From positions 4,948-68,947 of the forward strand of contig JAKSKF010000003.1 in the NCBI GenBank assembly GCA_024401825.1: a stretch of DNA of 64,000 nucleotides, read 5' to 3'. Origin of the DNA: Bacteroidales bacterium (GTDB lineage Bacteria; Bacteroidota; Bacteroidia; Bacteroidales; UBA932). Of the stretch, positions 38,465 to 47,616 are shown one piece after another; within the stretch, counting starts at the first letter, position 1, and each line of letters begins with the position of its first letter. Position numbers and translations under genes: made by a program. Under the pieces are notes generated by a model that saw only the letters and a list, made by a program, of their open reading frames with translations, was not told where the DNA came from and made no database searches.

Positions 38465-39811
38465 TCAGTCCCGCTTGAATATGTCTCTTGTATATACCTT
38501 GTCCCGGACGTCGTCCAGGCAGGAATCGTATCTGTTTGCCAGGATGGCCCTGCTCAGGCGCTTGAACTCGTCGAGGTCGTTGACCACCCGGCTTCCGAAG
38601 AACAGTTCCCCGTCACTGAGCGTCGGCTCGTAAACTATGACCTGCGCGCCCTTGGCCTTGATACGCTTCATCACGCCCTGGATGGAACTCTGACGGAAAT
38701 TGTCCGAATTCGTCTTCATAGTCAGGCGGAACACGCCAACCGTCACCGGACCCTCCCTGGAAGCGTCCCACTGCGTGGTTCCCGAATAACTGTAGTACCC
38801 CGCCTTGCGCAGCACCTGGTCCGCTATGAAATCCTTGCGGGTGCGGTTGCTCTGCACTATTGCGGAAATCATATTCTCCGGCACGTCGGCGAAGTTGGCC
38901 AGCAGCTGTTTTGTATCCTTGGGCAGGCAGTAGCCTCCGTAGCCGAAACTGGGATTGTTGTAATGAGTCCCTATTCTGGGGTCCAGCCCTATGCCGTCGA
39001 TGATGGAACGGGTATCCAGGCCCTTGAGTTCGGCATAGGTGTCGAGTTCGTTGAAGTAACTGACTCTCAGGGCGAGATATGTGTTTGCGAAGAGTTTCAC
39101 CGCCTCGGCTTCGGACGAGCCCATTGTCAGCACGGGAACATCCTTTGTTTCAGCGCCCTGCTGAAGAAGGGAGGCGAAGAGGCGCGCATCCTCAAGGGCG
39201 GAGCCTGATGCATTGGCAGAGCCCGATGCGGGATTGGAGCCCGACGCCTGGTCCGAGTCCTCCGCGGGCCCGGATGAATGACCGGGAATTCCGACAATTA
39301 TGCGGCTGGGGTGAAGATTGTCATACAGGGCTCGGCTCTCCCGAAGGAATTCCGGAGAGAAAAGCAGTCTGAGAGGCCTGCCGCCAAGCCTGGGGTCGGA
39401 GCCGTATCTGGCCTTAATTGAAGTAGTGTACCCCACGGGAACTGTTGACTTGATGACTACAAGAGCTGAAGGATTGCAGTCCAGAACCTGCTCCAGAACC
39501 TCTTCCACGTGCGAAGTGTCGAAGAAATTGCGCTGGGAGTCGTAATTGGTCGGGGTGGCTATCAGCACTATTTGAGCGTCGGAATAGGCTTTCGCGGCAT
39601 CGAGGGTTGCGGTGAGATGCAGAGGGCGAAGTCCAGAACGGGAATCAGAAAGATAACGCTGTATGTCAACGTCCTGAATGGGGGAAATGCCCTTGTTGAC
39701 CATATCTGTCTTCTCCTTGATGACATCGACGACTGTGACTTCGTTGTGGATTGCAAGAAGAGTGGAGAGGGAAAGCCCGACATAGCCGGTACCGGCGACT
39801 GCTATTTTCAT
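38465..39811 (-). CDS. ugd: UDP-glucose 6-dehydrogenase
   Basis: [30 protein letters not shown] and [12 protein letters not shown]. Confidence 0.96.
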   Translation of the reverse strand: MKIAVAGTGYVGLSLSTLLAIHNEVTVVDVIKEKTDMVNKGISPIQDVDIQRYLSDSRSGLRPLHLTATLDAAKAYSDAQIVLIATPTNYDSQRNFFDTSHVEEVLEQVLDCNPSALVVIKSTVPVGYTTSIKARYGSDPRLGGRPLRLLFSPEFLRESRALYDNLHPSRIIVGIPGHSSGPAEDSDQASGSNPASGSANASGSALEDARLFASLLQQGAETKDVPVLTMGSSEAEAVKLFANTYLALRVSYFNELDTYAELKGLDTRSIIDGIGLDPRIGTHYNNPSFGYGGYCLPKDTKQLLANFADVPENMISAIVQSNRTRKDFIADQVLRKAGYYSYSGTTQWDASREGPVTVGVFRLTMKTNSDNFRQSSIQGVMKRIKAKGAQVIVYEPTLSDGELFFGSRVVNDLDEFKRLSRAILANRYDSCLDDVRDKVYTRDIFKRD

Positions 39812-39839
39812 ACTGAAATAATGTTTGAGGAGCGCCCCG

Positions 39840-39882
39840 GACGGCTTCGCCGTCGCCTGTCACATAACTGGAGGCGCGACGG
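39840..39882 (-). promoter_or_regulatory. structured leader of the polysaccharide operon (overlapping hairpins, ops-like GGCGAAGCC)
   Basis: Minus-strand GACGGC-GAA-GCCGTC (39840-39854) overlaps the 3' arm of a CCGTCGC(GC)CT...AGGCGACGG stem (39850-39882). Confidence 0.5.
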
Positions 39883-39910
39883 TTCCGCAAAAACGGCCGG
39901 GTAAAACAAA

Positions 39911-39918
39911 CAAATATA
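39911..39918 (-). promoter_or_regulatory. -7 promoter box (TATATTTG) of the polysaccharide operon
   Basis: Exact TAnnTTTG about 100 nt upstream of ugd. Confidence 0.6.
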
Positions 39919-40144
39919 ACAAATCGGGAGGACAAAACGACATTTTTCAGGGTCAAATGACAGGTTTTATGCACAAATGCTATGTTTTGATGCAGAAACA
40001 CCATCGGGGAAACATTATTGTTATAAGATATTTAAGCCAACTTTACAACTTTACTTTTAGATAAGTGCAAATACTTAACATTAACTCATCTACTTAACAT
40101 AGAATTGTAAAATAACTTATTTTCAGCGGTTTACTTATTTTTAA

Positions 40145-40166
40145 TAACATAACATTCACATAACAT
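40145..40166 (+). promoter_or_regulatory. 11-bp-spaced direct repeats (Pho-box-like)
   Basis: CATAACAT at 40148 and 40159; TAACAT/TCACAT at 40145/40156; about 50-70 nt upstream of the -7 box. Confidence 0.4.
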
Positions 40167-40213
40167 ACAAGATTTTTTTAGGATTTATGGTTAAACAATA
40201 CATATTTATTTAA

Positions 40214-40221
40214 TAACTTTG
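40214..40221 (+). promoter_or_regulatory. -7 promoter box (TAACTTTG) of the phosphate-related operon
   Basis: Exact TAnnTTTG 13 nt upstream of ATG 40235. Confidence 0.65.
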
Positions 40222-40234
40222 TATAGCAACGGTG

Positions 40235-41200
40235 ATGAAGGATATGGCGAACAAGGGTTCACACGCTGAAATCACTGCGGGACTCGGAAAATACCTGGAA
40301 CTTATGGAACAGTCCCTTGCAGTGTTCGTGGATGGAGTCAGGAACTACCTCCACAGGGACAGCGCGGCCCTCGGAGGCAACATCCTCAGTATGGCGAAAC
40401 TCGAGAACGACGCCGCGACTCTTGCGCGCGAACTCGAGATGACACTGTACCGAAGGACCAGCAACCCTTCCGTAAGAGGAGACACCCTGCGGCTCCTCGA
40501 ATATATGAGCCGCATCATCCTGACCCTGAACAACAACCTGTTCCAGTTCGAGATAGAGCGCCCTTCCATACCCTCGGAACTCAATTCGGATTTCATCAAG
40601 CTCACGGACCTGTCATCCCAGGCCGTCGCCAACATAATTCCCGCCGCCAAAGCCTATTTCCACTCCCCCGAGACCACTCAGGGCAAGGTTAGGCGCATAT
40701 ACTTCTACCAGAAGGAGACGGACCGCCAGGCCAAGGACCTCAAGCGCCGTGTCTTCCACGATATGATTTCCCTGAAACTCAGCGAGAAGGTGCACCTGCG
40801 CTACTTCGCGCTGCACATAGAGGAGCTGGCGGCCCTCGCGGTGAAAGTGGCGGACCAGCTGTCCGTAATGTCCATACGGCAGCAATCCGCATCACTGAGT
40901 TTCAAATGGCTGAAAAACATATTCCGCGGGCACAGGACAGAGGACGGCGTCATCACCCTTCCCAAGGAAGGCGATATGTCAAACCGCGAGTTCGAACTCA
41001 GGCTGACCGCCAAGTATCCCAGACTCACCGCGCAGGAGCGCAAACTCGCGACGCTTCTCCGCCTGGAATTCAACACCAGGCAGATAGCCGGGGTGCTCAA
41101 CATATCGGAGAAGAGCGTGGAGGTGGAGAGACACCGCCTCCGCGGGAAAATGGGGCTGGAACGTCACCAGAATCTGACGGATTTCATCAAAAACATATAA
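40235..41200 (+). CDS. DUF47/PhoU-like domain fused to a LuxR-type HTH (putative regulator)
   Basis: Helical N-domain with LENDAATLARELE..LY...VRGD and QKETDR; C-terminal LTAQERKLATLLRLEFNTRQIAGVLNISEKSVEVERHRLRGKMGL. Confidence 0.8.
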   Translation: MKDMANKGSHAEITAGLGKYLELMEQSLAVFVDGVRNYLHRDSAALGGNILSMAKLENDAATLARELEMTLYRRTSNPSVRGDTLRLLEYMSRIILTLNNNLFQFEIERPSIPSELNSDFIKLTDLSSQAVANIIPAAKAYFHSPETTQGKVRRIYFYQKETDRQAKDLKRRVFHDMISLKLSEKVHLRYFALHIEELAALAVKVADQLSVMSIRQQSASLSFKWLKNIFRGHRTEDGVITLPKEGDMSNREFELRLTAKYPRLTAQERKLATLLRLEFNTRQIAGVLNISEKSVEVERHRLRGKMGLERHQNLTDFIKNI

Positions 41201-41227
41201 TAACACACAAACTCAAATCTTAATTTT

Positions 41228-42601
41228 ATGAAAAAAACATTGTTGATTGCTGCCGCGATTGCATTCGCGCTTCCGGTTTCGGCTCAGATTGCCGACAACG
41301 CCGGAATTGAGACCAATCAGTATGGCCAGCAGGTAGTTTCCACTCCGGCGGAAGCCGCCATCCAGGACGGAATACTTGTGTTCCAGGCCAAGAAACTCAA
41401 CTATAAGATGTGGTTCGACGTGCGCGTACAGGGCGACGCGGCCGTATTCTTCGGAGCGCCTTCCTATGCCGACCACATAGGCAACGGAGCCAGCATACGC
41501 AGGGCCCGTTTTGCGGTCAAGGCCCAATTGGACAAGAACTGGTACGGAGAATTCGACACCGACTGGTCCAGCGGAATCTGTGAAATCAAGGACGCCATCC
41601 TTGCCTTCACCGGCGTCGAAGGCCTTGAAATCAAGGCCGGTAACTTCAAGGAGTCTTTCTCTATTCAGAGAAACACCACCTCACGTTACCTTATGTTTAT
41701 GGAAAGGCCTATGATTGTCAACGCCGTCTCTCCTTCACGACATCTGGGAATCAACGCCAGATACTCGAAGGACTGGTTCTGGGTTTCAGCAGGAGTGTTC
41801 GGTCCCGAACTCAAGGGTTCCGAGGAGCAGACCGCAATGGAGGACAACAACAAGGACAACGGTTACAACGAAGGACTCTCCTACACCGGCAAGATTGCTT
41901 TCCGTCCCCTCTACAAGTCGAAGGACGCAATGCTTCACATAGGCGGGGCATTCTCCTACAGGCAACCCAAGCTCACCGGTACGGACGGTTATGCGGTAGC
42001 CCGCTACAGCACCCGCAACACCACCAACATCAACAGGAAGAAATATCTTGACACGGACGCCATTTCAGGCCTCGACCACGAACTTGCCTGGACTGCGGAA
42101 CTCGCGTTCCTGTACAGGGGCCTGCGTTTCGAGAGCGCCTATATGGCCCGCGGAGCATTCCTTGACCAGGCCAAGAACCCTCTCGGACCCCAGTGGGTCA
42201 AGGGATGGTATGCTCAGGCATCCTATCTGCTGTTCGGCGGCACCCAGAACTACGACGCTGACGGCGCAAAGCCCACCCGCATAGACCCCGGCAGGAAATG
42301 GGGCGACCTGGAACTCTGCCTCCGTTATGAAAACGCAGACCTGAACACCGCAAACTTCTTCGGAGGAGCCTGCGACGCATATTCAGTGGGTATAAACTAC
42401 TATCCAAGCAAGCACGTGAAACTCGTGCTCAACTACCAGTACAACAACAATGACCGCTATGCCAACGGCAAGGGCAAGCTTTACATCGGCACCGACGCGT
42501 CCGGCAAGCCTACCAAGGATTTCACCAAGGCCGTCGAGCCCGACGGACAGGGCGGAGTTGACTACTCTATGATTTCTATGCGTTTCCAGGTGGCATTCTA
42601 A
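41228..42601 (+). CDS. phosphate-selective porin OprO/OprP family
   Basis: Signal peptide, ASIRRARFAVK, IKDA, GNFKESFS...TSR..FMERP, LELCLRY, GINYY and C-terminal Phe. Confidence 0.88.
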   Translation: MKKTLLIAAAIAFALPVSAQIADNAGIETNQYGQQVVSTPAEAAIQDGILVFQAKKLNYKMWFDVRVQGDAAVFFGAPSYADHIGNGASIRRARFAVKAQLDKNWYGEFDTDWSSGICEIKDAILAFTGVEGLEIKAGNFKESFSIQRNTTSRYLMFMERPMIVNAVSPSRHLGINARYSKDWFWVSAGVFGPELKGSEEQTAMEDNNKDNGYNEGLSYTGKIAFRPLYKSKDAMLHIGGAFSYRQPKLTGTDGYAVARYSTRNTTNINRKKYLDTDAISGLDHELAWTAELAFLYRGLRFESAYMARGAFLDQAKNPLGPQWVKGWYAQASYLLFGGTQNYDADGAKPTRIDPGRKWGDLELCLRYENADLNTANFFGGACDAYSVGINYYPSKHVKLVLNYQYNNNDRYANGKGKLYIGTDASGKPTKDFTKAVEPDGQGGVDYSMISMRFQVAF

Positions 42602-42628
42602 TGTAACACTTTAACTTACACTAACATT

Positions 42629-44827
42629 ATGAAAAAGATATTTACACTTGCGCTCGCGGCTCTGACGCTTTTCGCGACATCCTGCGTCAAGGACAAGGTA
42701 TTCGGCGGAGCTACCATCGACGAGGTCAAGAATACGGTAGCCTACACGGCCAACGATGCGGTCAAGGTGACCGCGAAGGTATCCTCACTCGTCCCCCTCA
42801 AGGAAGTCAACCTTGTGTGGAGCACCGCCTCACGTTCCGCAGGCACCACCGTGGCAATGGCTTCGGAGAAAGGCGCCTGGGTGGGCACCATTCCGGCCCA
42901 GCCCCTCGAAACCGAGGTCAGCTACTACGTGGAGGCTTTCACGGAGTCGTCTTCCGTCAAGTCGCAGATTATAAAATATGTTGTGGGAGCCACTCCCGTC
43001 AACTATAAAGGTCTCATCCTCAGTGAGCTCAACGGCAACGACAAATATATCGAGCTCTTCAACAAGGGAAGCGAGACCATTCCCCTGGACGGAGTTTACA
43101 TTGAGAAGGACGGCAGCAGGAACTGGCCCCGCGAGACGGTGCCGATGCCTGCCGGTTCAGTGATTGCTCCCGGACAGTTCATCGTGCTCTACAGTTCGGA
43201 GAAGTTGGACAAGATACCCGCAGGCTGGCCTGAGGAACTCCTGTTCGACAGCGGACTTTCAGCAGGCAAGGCGGTCAGGGTGCAGATTCTGGACCCCAGC
43301 GGAGCCAACATCGACGACTTCAATCTCAAGGATTTCAAGAAGGCTGCGCCCGCATCATACAGCCGCAACGCCGACGGAAAGTGGTACTTTGCCGAAGGAA
43401 CTCCCGGCGCCGTCAACGTTGAAGGCACCGAAGCTGTGGAAGGACTTGTCGGAGGAGACCAGCCGGAGGAGCCCGAAGAGCCCACCACAGGTTCCCAGAT
43501 TGAGGCAGGTCAGCTTTTCATCAACGAATGTGACGCGACGAACAAGGCGTTCGAACTCTACAATGCCACGGACTCCGAACTCGACCTCGCCAACCTCAAG
43601 ATTGTCAAGGACGGAACGGACGAATGGGTTGTGCCCGCCGAGGGATTCAAGATTGCATCCAAGGGATTCATAGTCATTCCAGTCAAGAGCGACGGAACTG
43701 CGGGTCCCATCTTCGGAATGTCCGAGACCAAGGGATTCACCTTGGAACTCATTTCAGAAAAGGGCAGCGTACACAAGGCCGACAATTCAGCCAAGCTGGA
43801 CCTCACGGGCAAGACCTGGGGACTTCGCACTGACGGAGGAGTGGAATGGGTTGTATTCTCCACAGGTTCAATGGGCGACACCAACGCCAAGGGTGTAGTC
43901 GAGGGCGAGGAAGGCGAAGCCAAGATAGTCCTCAACGAGATTGACGGCAACACCAAGTTCATAGAAATAGCAAACACCGGAAGCGCATCCGGCGATATGG
44001 AAGGCTGGACACTGGAAAAGGACGGCCAGACCGTATGGACAGGTCCCAAAGGAAAGATAATCGCAGTTGACGGGCATATAGCAATATACAGCAAAAAGGC
44101 ATCAGGTGTCCCTGTGGGTGCGCCAATGTTCGATGGAGGCATATCCGCCAAGAAAAACGTACTGATAATCCTGAAGGACCCGGAGGGTAACGTTGCGGAC
44201 ACTTTCCAACGCGGAGAGGAAGGCGCAGGCTGGGGAGAAGTCACACTTCCGGAGAACACGGGAGCGTCATTCAGCCGCGTACCCGACGGAACCGGAGACT
44301 GGGCCTACGCCACCTCCACTCCCGGCGCAGCCAACGGCGGGAAGACCGGTGAAATAGAGCACTGCGACGGAATTGTTGTCCTCAACGAGATAAACGGCAA
44401 CGACAAGTACATAGAACTCTTCAACACGGGAACTATGGGCAGCATATCACTGGCAGGATACACCCTGTACAAGGACGGTGGAGACGAAGCCATCTGGACC
44501 GGAGGGTCCGGAAGCAGGATTATCGCCGGCAAACAAATAGTAATATACAGCAATTCGGCAAGCGACATCCCCGACGGAGCTCCCGTATTCACGAGCGGAA
44601 TCTCCGCAAAGAAGAGTGTTCTGATAGTCCTGAAGGACCCCGACGGCAACGTTGCGGACACTTTCCAGCGCGGACAGGAAGGCGCAGGCTGGGGAGAAAC
44701 CAAACTTCCGGAGAACACCGACGCATCCTTCAGCCGCGTCCCTGACGGGACCGGAGACTGGGCCTACGCAGCGCCCACTTGCGGCGCAGCCAACGGCGAG
44801 AAGACCGGCGAAATAGAGCAGGAGTAA
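42629..44827 (+). CDS. surface lipoprotein with four lamin-tail (LTD)-like domains
   Basis: Lipobox FATSC; four repeats of (L/I)(N/S)E....K(Y/F)IELxN and SxSRxxDG..W....TPG..N. Confidence 0.82.
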   Translation: MKKIFTLALAALTLFATSCVKDKVFGGATIDEVKNTVAYTANDAVKVTAKVSSLVPLKEVNLVWSTASRSAGTTVAMASEKGAWVGTIPAQPLETEVSYYVEAFTESSSVKSQIIKYVVGATPVNYKGLILSELNGNDKYIELFNKGSETIPLDGVYIEKDGSRNWPRETVPMPAGSVIAPGQFIVLYSSEKLDKIPAGWPEELLFDSGLSAGKAVRVQILDPSGANIDDFNLKDFKKAAPASYSRNADGKWYFAEGTPGAVNVEGTEAVEGLVGGDQPEEPEEPTTGSQIEAGQLFINECDATNKAFELYNATDSELDLANLKIVKDGTDEWVVPAEGFKIASKGFIVIPVKSDGTAGPIFGMSETKGFTLELISEKGSVHKADNSAKLDLTGKTWGLRTDGGVEWVVFSTGSMGDTNAKGVVEGEEGEAKIVLNEIDGNTKFIEIANTGSASGDMEGWTLEKDGQTVWTGPKGKIIAVDGHIAIYSKKASGVPVGAPMFDGGISAKKNVLIILKDPEGNVADTFQRGEEGAGWGEVTLPENTGASFSRVPDGTGDWAYATSTPGAANGGKTGEIEHCDGIVVLNEINGNDKYIELFNTGTMGSISLAGYTLYKDGGDEAIWTGGSGSRIIAGKQIVIYSNSASDIPDGAPVFTSGISAKKSVLIVLKDPDGNVADTFQRGQEGAGWGETKLPENTDASFSRVPDGTGDWAYAAPTCGAANGEKTGEIEQE
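43925..44824 (+). repeat. intragenic tandem duplication (LTD repeats 3 and 4, ~450 bp period)
   Basis: GAAGGCGCAGGCTGGGGAGAA, CGTTGCGGACACTTTCCA and ACCGGAGACTGGGCCTACGC are shared at a 459 bp offset. Confidence 0.8.
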
Positions 44828-44861
44828 AACACATATAACCATCAATATTGTATAAAAGACT

Positions 44862-45506
44862 ATGGCAAAGGAAGAAATGAAGATTGGCGAGCAGAGCAAG
44901 CCGCGTTTTGAATTCAGGAGCTTCGGTCAGTGTTTCTGCCAGGCTCACAAGAGGATGGCCCGTCTTTCCGTCCCCGTGCCGGAGAAGGTATGGGAGCGTG
45001 AGAGTGACGAGATTTACATCATCTCCAGGAAGAACGACATCAACAACACCAAAATCCGCAACGGAAAGATGGACATCAAGACCTACGTCCGGACCGTTGA
45101 CGGACTGGAGCAGTGGAACCCCCTGATGAAGGGAGAGTTCCCCATAAGCCGCGAGGTGCTGGAAAAGGAAGTATTCCCCGCGTTTATGGTCCAGATGCCC
45201 GCCCTGACCAAGGACGAGTACACTTACGACGAGTTCATCGCTATGGTCAAGGCAAATCCTGACCTCGCGGCGGTACGCGTGCACAAGCAGCGCTTCGGCT
45301 ATATGGTGAACGACACCATCTGCGAGGTGGGCAACGTACTCATCAACGGCGCCAAAGTGGTGACAATCAACTCGGAATCAACAGAAATAGAGGACATCAA
45401 GAAGACCATCGCCGACGTAGGGCTGGAGGGTGTCGAGAACATCAACTACCTTCAGGCCATCAAGCGTGTAATCGGAATGTCCGACAAACCTCTTGCAAAC
45501 GAATAG
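44862..45506 (+). CDS. CYTH-like (triphosphate tunnel) hypothetical protein
   Basis: PRFEFRSF (degenerate ExExK), DEIY, KIR, VHKQRFGY, ICE and SES; adjacent to a canonical CYTH gene. Confidence 0.6.
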   Translation: MAKEEMKIGEQSKPRFEFRSFGQCFCQAHKRMARLSVPVPEKVWERESDEIYIISRKNDINNTKIRNGKMDIKTYVRTVDGLEQWNPLMKGEFPISREVLEKEVFPAFMVQMPALTKDEYTYDEFIAMVKANPDLAAVRVHKQRFGYMVNDTICEVGNVLINGAKVVTINSESTEIEDIKKTIADVGLEGVENINYLQAIKRVIGMSDKPLANE

Positions 45507-45509
45507 ACT

Positions 45510-45989
45510 ATGGCACAGGAAATAGAAAAGAAATTTCTGGTCAAATGCGACTGCTTCAAGAAAGAGGCATTCAAGGAGACCCGCATCACACAGGGATACC
45601 TTTGCAGCGTCCCTGAAAGGACGGTGCGCATCCGCGTGAAAGGCGACAAGGGTTTCATAACCATCAAGGGCATAGGCAACGCCTCCGGCGCGGCCCGCTT
45701 CGAATGGGAGAAGGAAATACCTGTCGATGACGTCAAGGCCCTCCTGGACCTGGCGGAACCCGGCGTGATTGACAAGACCCGTTATCTTGTGAAGAACACC
45801 GACGGGGTCCACACCTGGGAGGTCGACGAGTTCTACGGAGACAATGACGGACTTACCGTGGCCGAAGTGGAACTGACCGACGAGAACGAGGCCTTCGACA
45901 AGCCCCAGTGGCTCGGGGAGGAAGTCACGGGAGACCCCCGCTACTTCAACTCGATGCTTATGAAGAACCCTTACAAGAATTGGAAATAA
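45510..45989 (+). CDS. CYTH domain protein (triphosphatase / class IV adenylyl cyclase fold)
   Basis: EIEKKFLV, QGYL, RIR, ITIKG, RFEWE, IDKTRY, EVDEF, AEVEL and EVTGDPRYFN. Confidence 0.92.
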   Translation: MAQEIEKKFLVKCDCFKKEAFKETRITQGYLCSVPERTVRIRVKGDKGFITIKGIGNASGAARFEWEKEIPVDDVKALLDLAEPGVIDKTRYLVKNTDGVHTWEVDEFYGDNDGLTVAEVELTDENEAFDKPQWLGEEVTGDPRYFNSMLMKNPYKNWK

Positions 45990-46005
45990 TTAATTTTTGA
46001 GCAGT

Positions 46006-47613
46006 ATGTCAGGACAAAGTACAGGCACAACGGCGTTCGACCCGTTGGATATGAACAACTACAAGGTTGAAAAACTGCCGAAGATGGCCAAATCCCGGTT
46101 CGAGACCTGGATGGCGCGTCTCGGAGGGCCATTGGCCATACTGGCCTTTGTCCTGATATACTGGTTCTCAAGCATCGGGTTCATTGACAACCTGGACGTT
46201 TCCACGCTCGGGGAGAAGGCCGTCAAGAGGCTGGACGAGATGGGACAGGCCGGGTTCCTGCGCGCGAACTACGCTATGCTCGGCATATTCGTGGCCGGAC
46301 TGATTCTGTGGATGACCGAAGCCATCCCCAATTATCTCACTTCCCTTCTCATCATACTGGGCACCGTGCTCTGCAACGTCACCAGTCAGAAGACTGCCCT
46401 TGCGCAGCTGGGACACCCCGTGATGTGGTTGAACATCCTGAGCTTCGTGCTTGCCTCGATGCTGGTGAAGACAAGGTTCGCCAAGAGGCTGGCGCTCGCC
46501 TTTGTCATCAAGTTCGGAAAGAGCGCCAAGGGCGTGCTCTGGAGTTTCCTGGTCATCAACCTGGTTCTGTCCGCGTTCATATCGGCCACTACCGTCAAGG
46601 CTACCATTATGCTGCCTATATTTATGACGGTCTGCGCCATCTACGGGGCTCATTCAGGGAACCGCAACAACTTCGGACGCAACCTCGTGATTCAGAACCT
46701 CTTCCAGGTCAACATCGGAGCCAACGCCTTCTACACGGGTTCCGGCGCCCATCTTCTGGCCATATCGCTTATAGCCGGATACCTCGGGAGCTGCGACTTC
46801 GGTTATGCCAAATGGCTGGTTGCCGTGGGTCCTATGAGCCTTGTCATACTGGTTGTGGGCCTGATTCTGGGAATATACGTGTTCTTCCCTATGAAGAAGG
46901 AGGAGCAGAAGCCTCAGATTGAAGGCGGCCTTGACAGGTTGAAGGCGGAGTTGGACGCTATGGGCAGGATGTCCGTGGAGGAATGGAAGGCGGTTTCCAT
47001 CTTTATGGTCGTCCTCATACTCTGGGTCACGAAGGGAACCTTCCACAACATCGACGAGACCATCGTCGCCCTGTTAGGAGCCATCCTGGCCCTTATTCCC
47101 GGCATCGGAGTGGTGAAGTGGAACGACGTCGACATCCCCTGGCACCTTATGCTGTTCAGCGCCGGCGCCTATACCCTTGGCAGCGGGCTGGACGCCACCG
47201 GACTTCCCGGAACTATGGTGAACGCCGCCTTCGACAGCCTCGGAATCACCGCGAACACCCCGTTCTGGGTACTCTACGTCATCCTGACATTCGTTATGAT
47301 GTATTCCGGGCTGGTATTCCAGTCCAAGACTATAAGGACGATGATTTTCGTCCCCATCGCCCTGGGAGTCGAAACCCGCTTCGGATTCCCCGCTATGAGC
47401 ATCGCCCTGCCGGTGGCTATGCTCATAGAGCACGTGTATGTGCTGCCTTTCAACAGCAAGCCGGCCGCTCTGCTGTACAACACCAACCATTACAGCCAGA
47501 CCGATGCCTTCAAGTACGGCATCACAATGATGACTTTCTCCTGGCTTCTGATTCTCGTCTGGGGCGCCACGGTGCTCAAATGGCTGGGAATCACGCCCGG
47601 ATTGTTCTTTTAG
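46006..47613 (+). CDS. SLC13/DASS family anion permease
   Basis: LWMTEAIP, KRLAL, SAFISATT, NIG....TGS, IPW and VLP..SKPAAL; many TM segments. Confidence 0.88.
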   Translation: MSGQSTGTTAFDPLDMNNYKVEKLPKMAKSRFETWMARLGGPLAILAFVLIYWFSSIGFIDNLDVSTLGEKAVKRLDEMGQAGFLRANYAMLGIFVAGLILWMTEAIPNYLTSLLIILGTVLCNVTSQKTALAQLGHPVMWLNILSFVLASMLVKTRFAKRLALAFVIKFGKSAKGVLWSFLVINLVLSAFISATTVKATIMLPIFMTVCAIYGAHSGNRNNFGRNLVIQNLFQVNIGANAFYTGSGAHLLAISLIAGYLGSCDFGYAKWLVAVGPMSLVILVVGLILGIYVFFPMKKEEQKPQIEGGLDRLKAELDAMGRMSVEEWKAVSIFMVVLILWVTKGTFHNIDETIVALLGAILALIPGIGVVKWNDVDIPWHLMLFSAGAYTLGSGLDATGLPGTMVNAAFDSLGITANTPFWVLYVILTFVMMYSGLVFQSKTIRTMIFVPIALGVETRFGFPAMSIALPVAMLIEHVYVLPFNSKPAALLYNTNHYSQTDAFKYGITMMTFSWLLILVWGATVLKWLGITPGLFF

Positions 47614-47616
47614 ACT

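Noticed and set aside
39812-40234. Invertible capsule promoter (fin/Mpi-type inverted repeats)
   Set aside because: No convincing inverted repeat pair flanking the -7 box was found by eye, and no recombinase is in the window. An exhaustive einverted search was not possible.
43925-44824. Repeats considered as a CRISPR array or DGR template/variable repeat pair
   Set aside because: They are in-frame domain duplications with mostly third-position changes, no adenine-specific bias is evident, and no RT or cas gene is nearby.
45510-45989. Adenylate cyclase (CyaB) call
   Set aside because: The CYTH fold alone does not imply cyclase activity; the context favours a triphosphatase.
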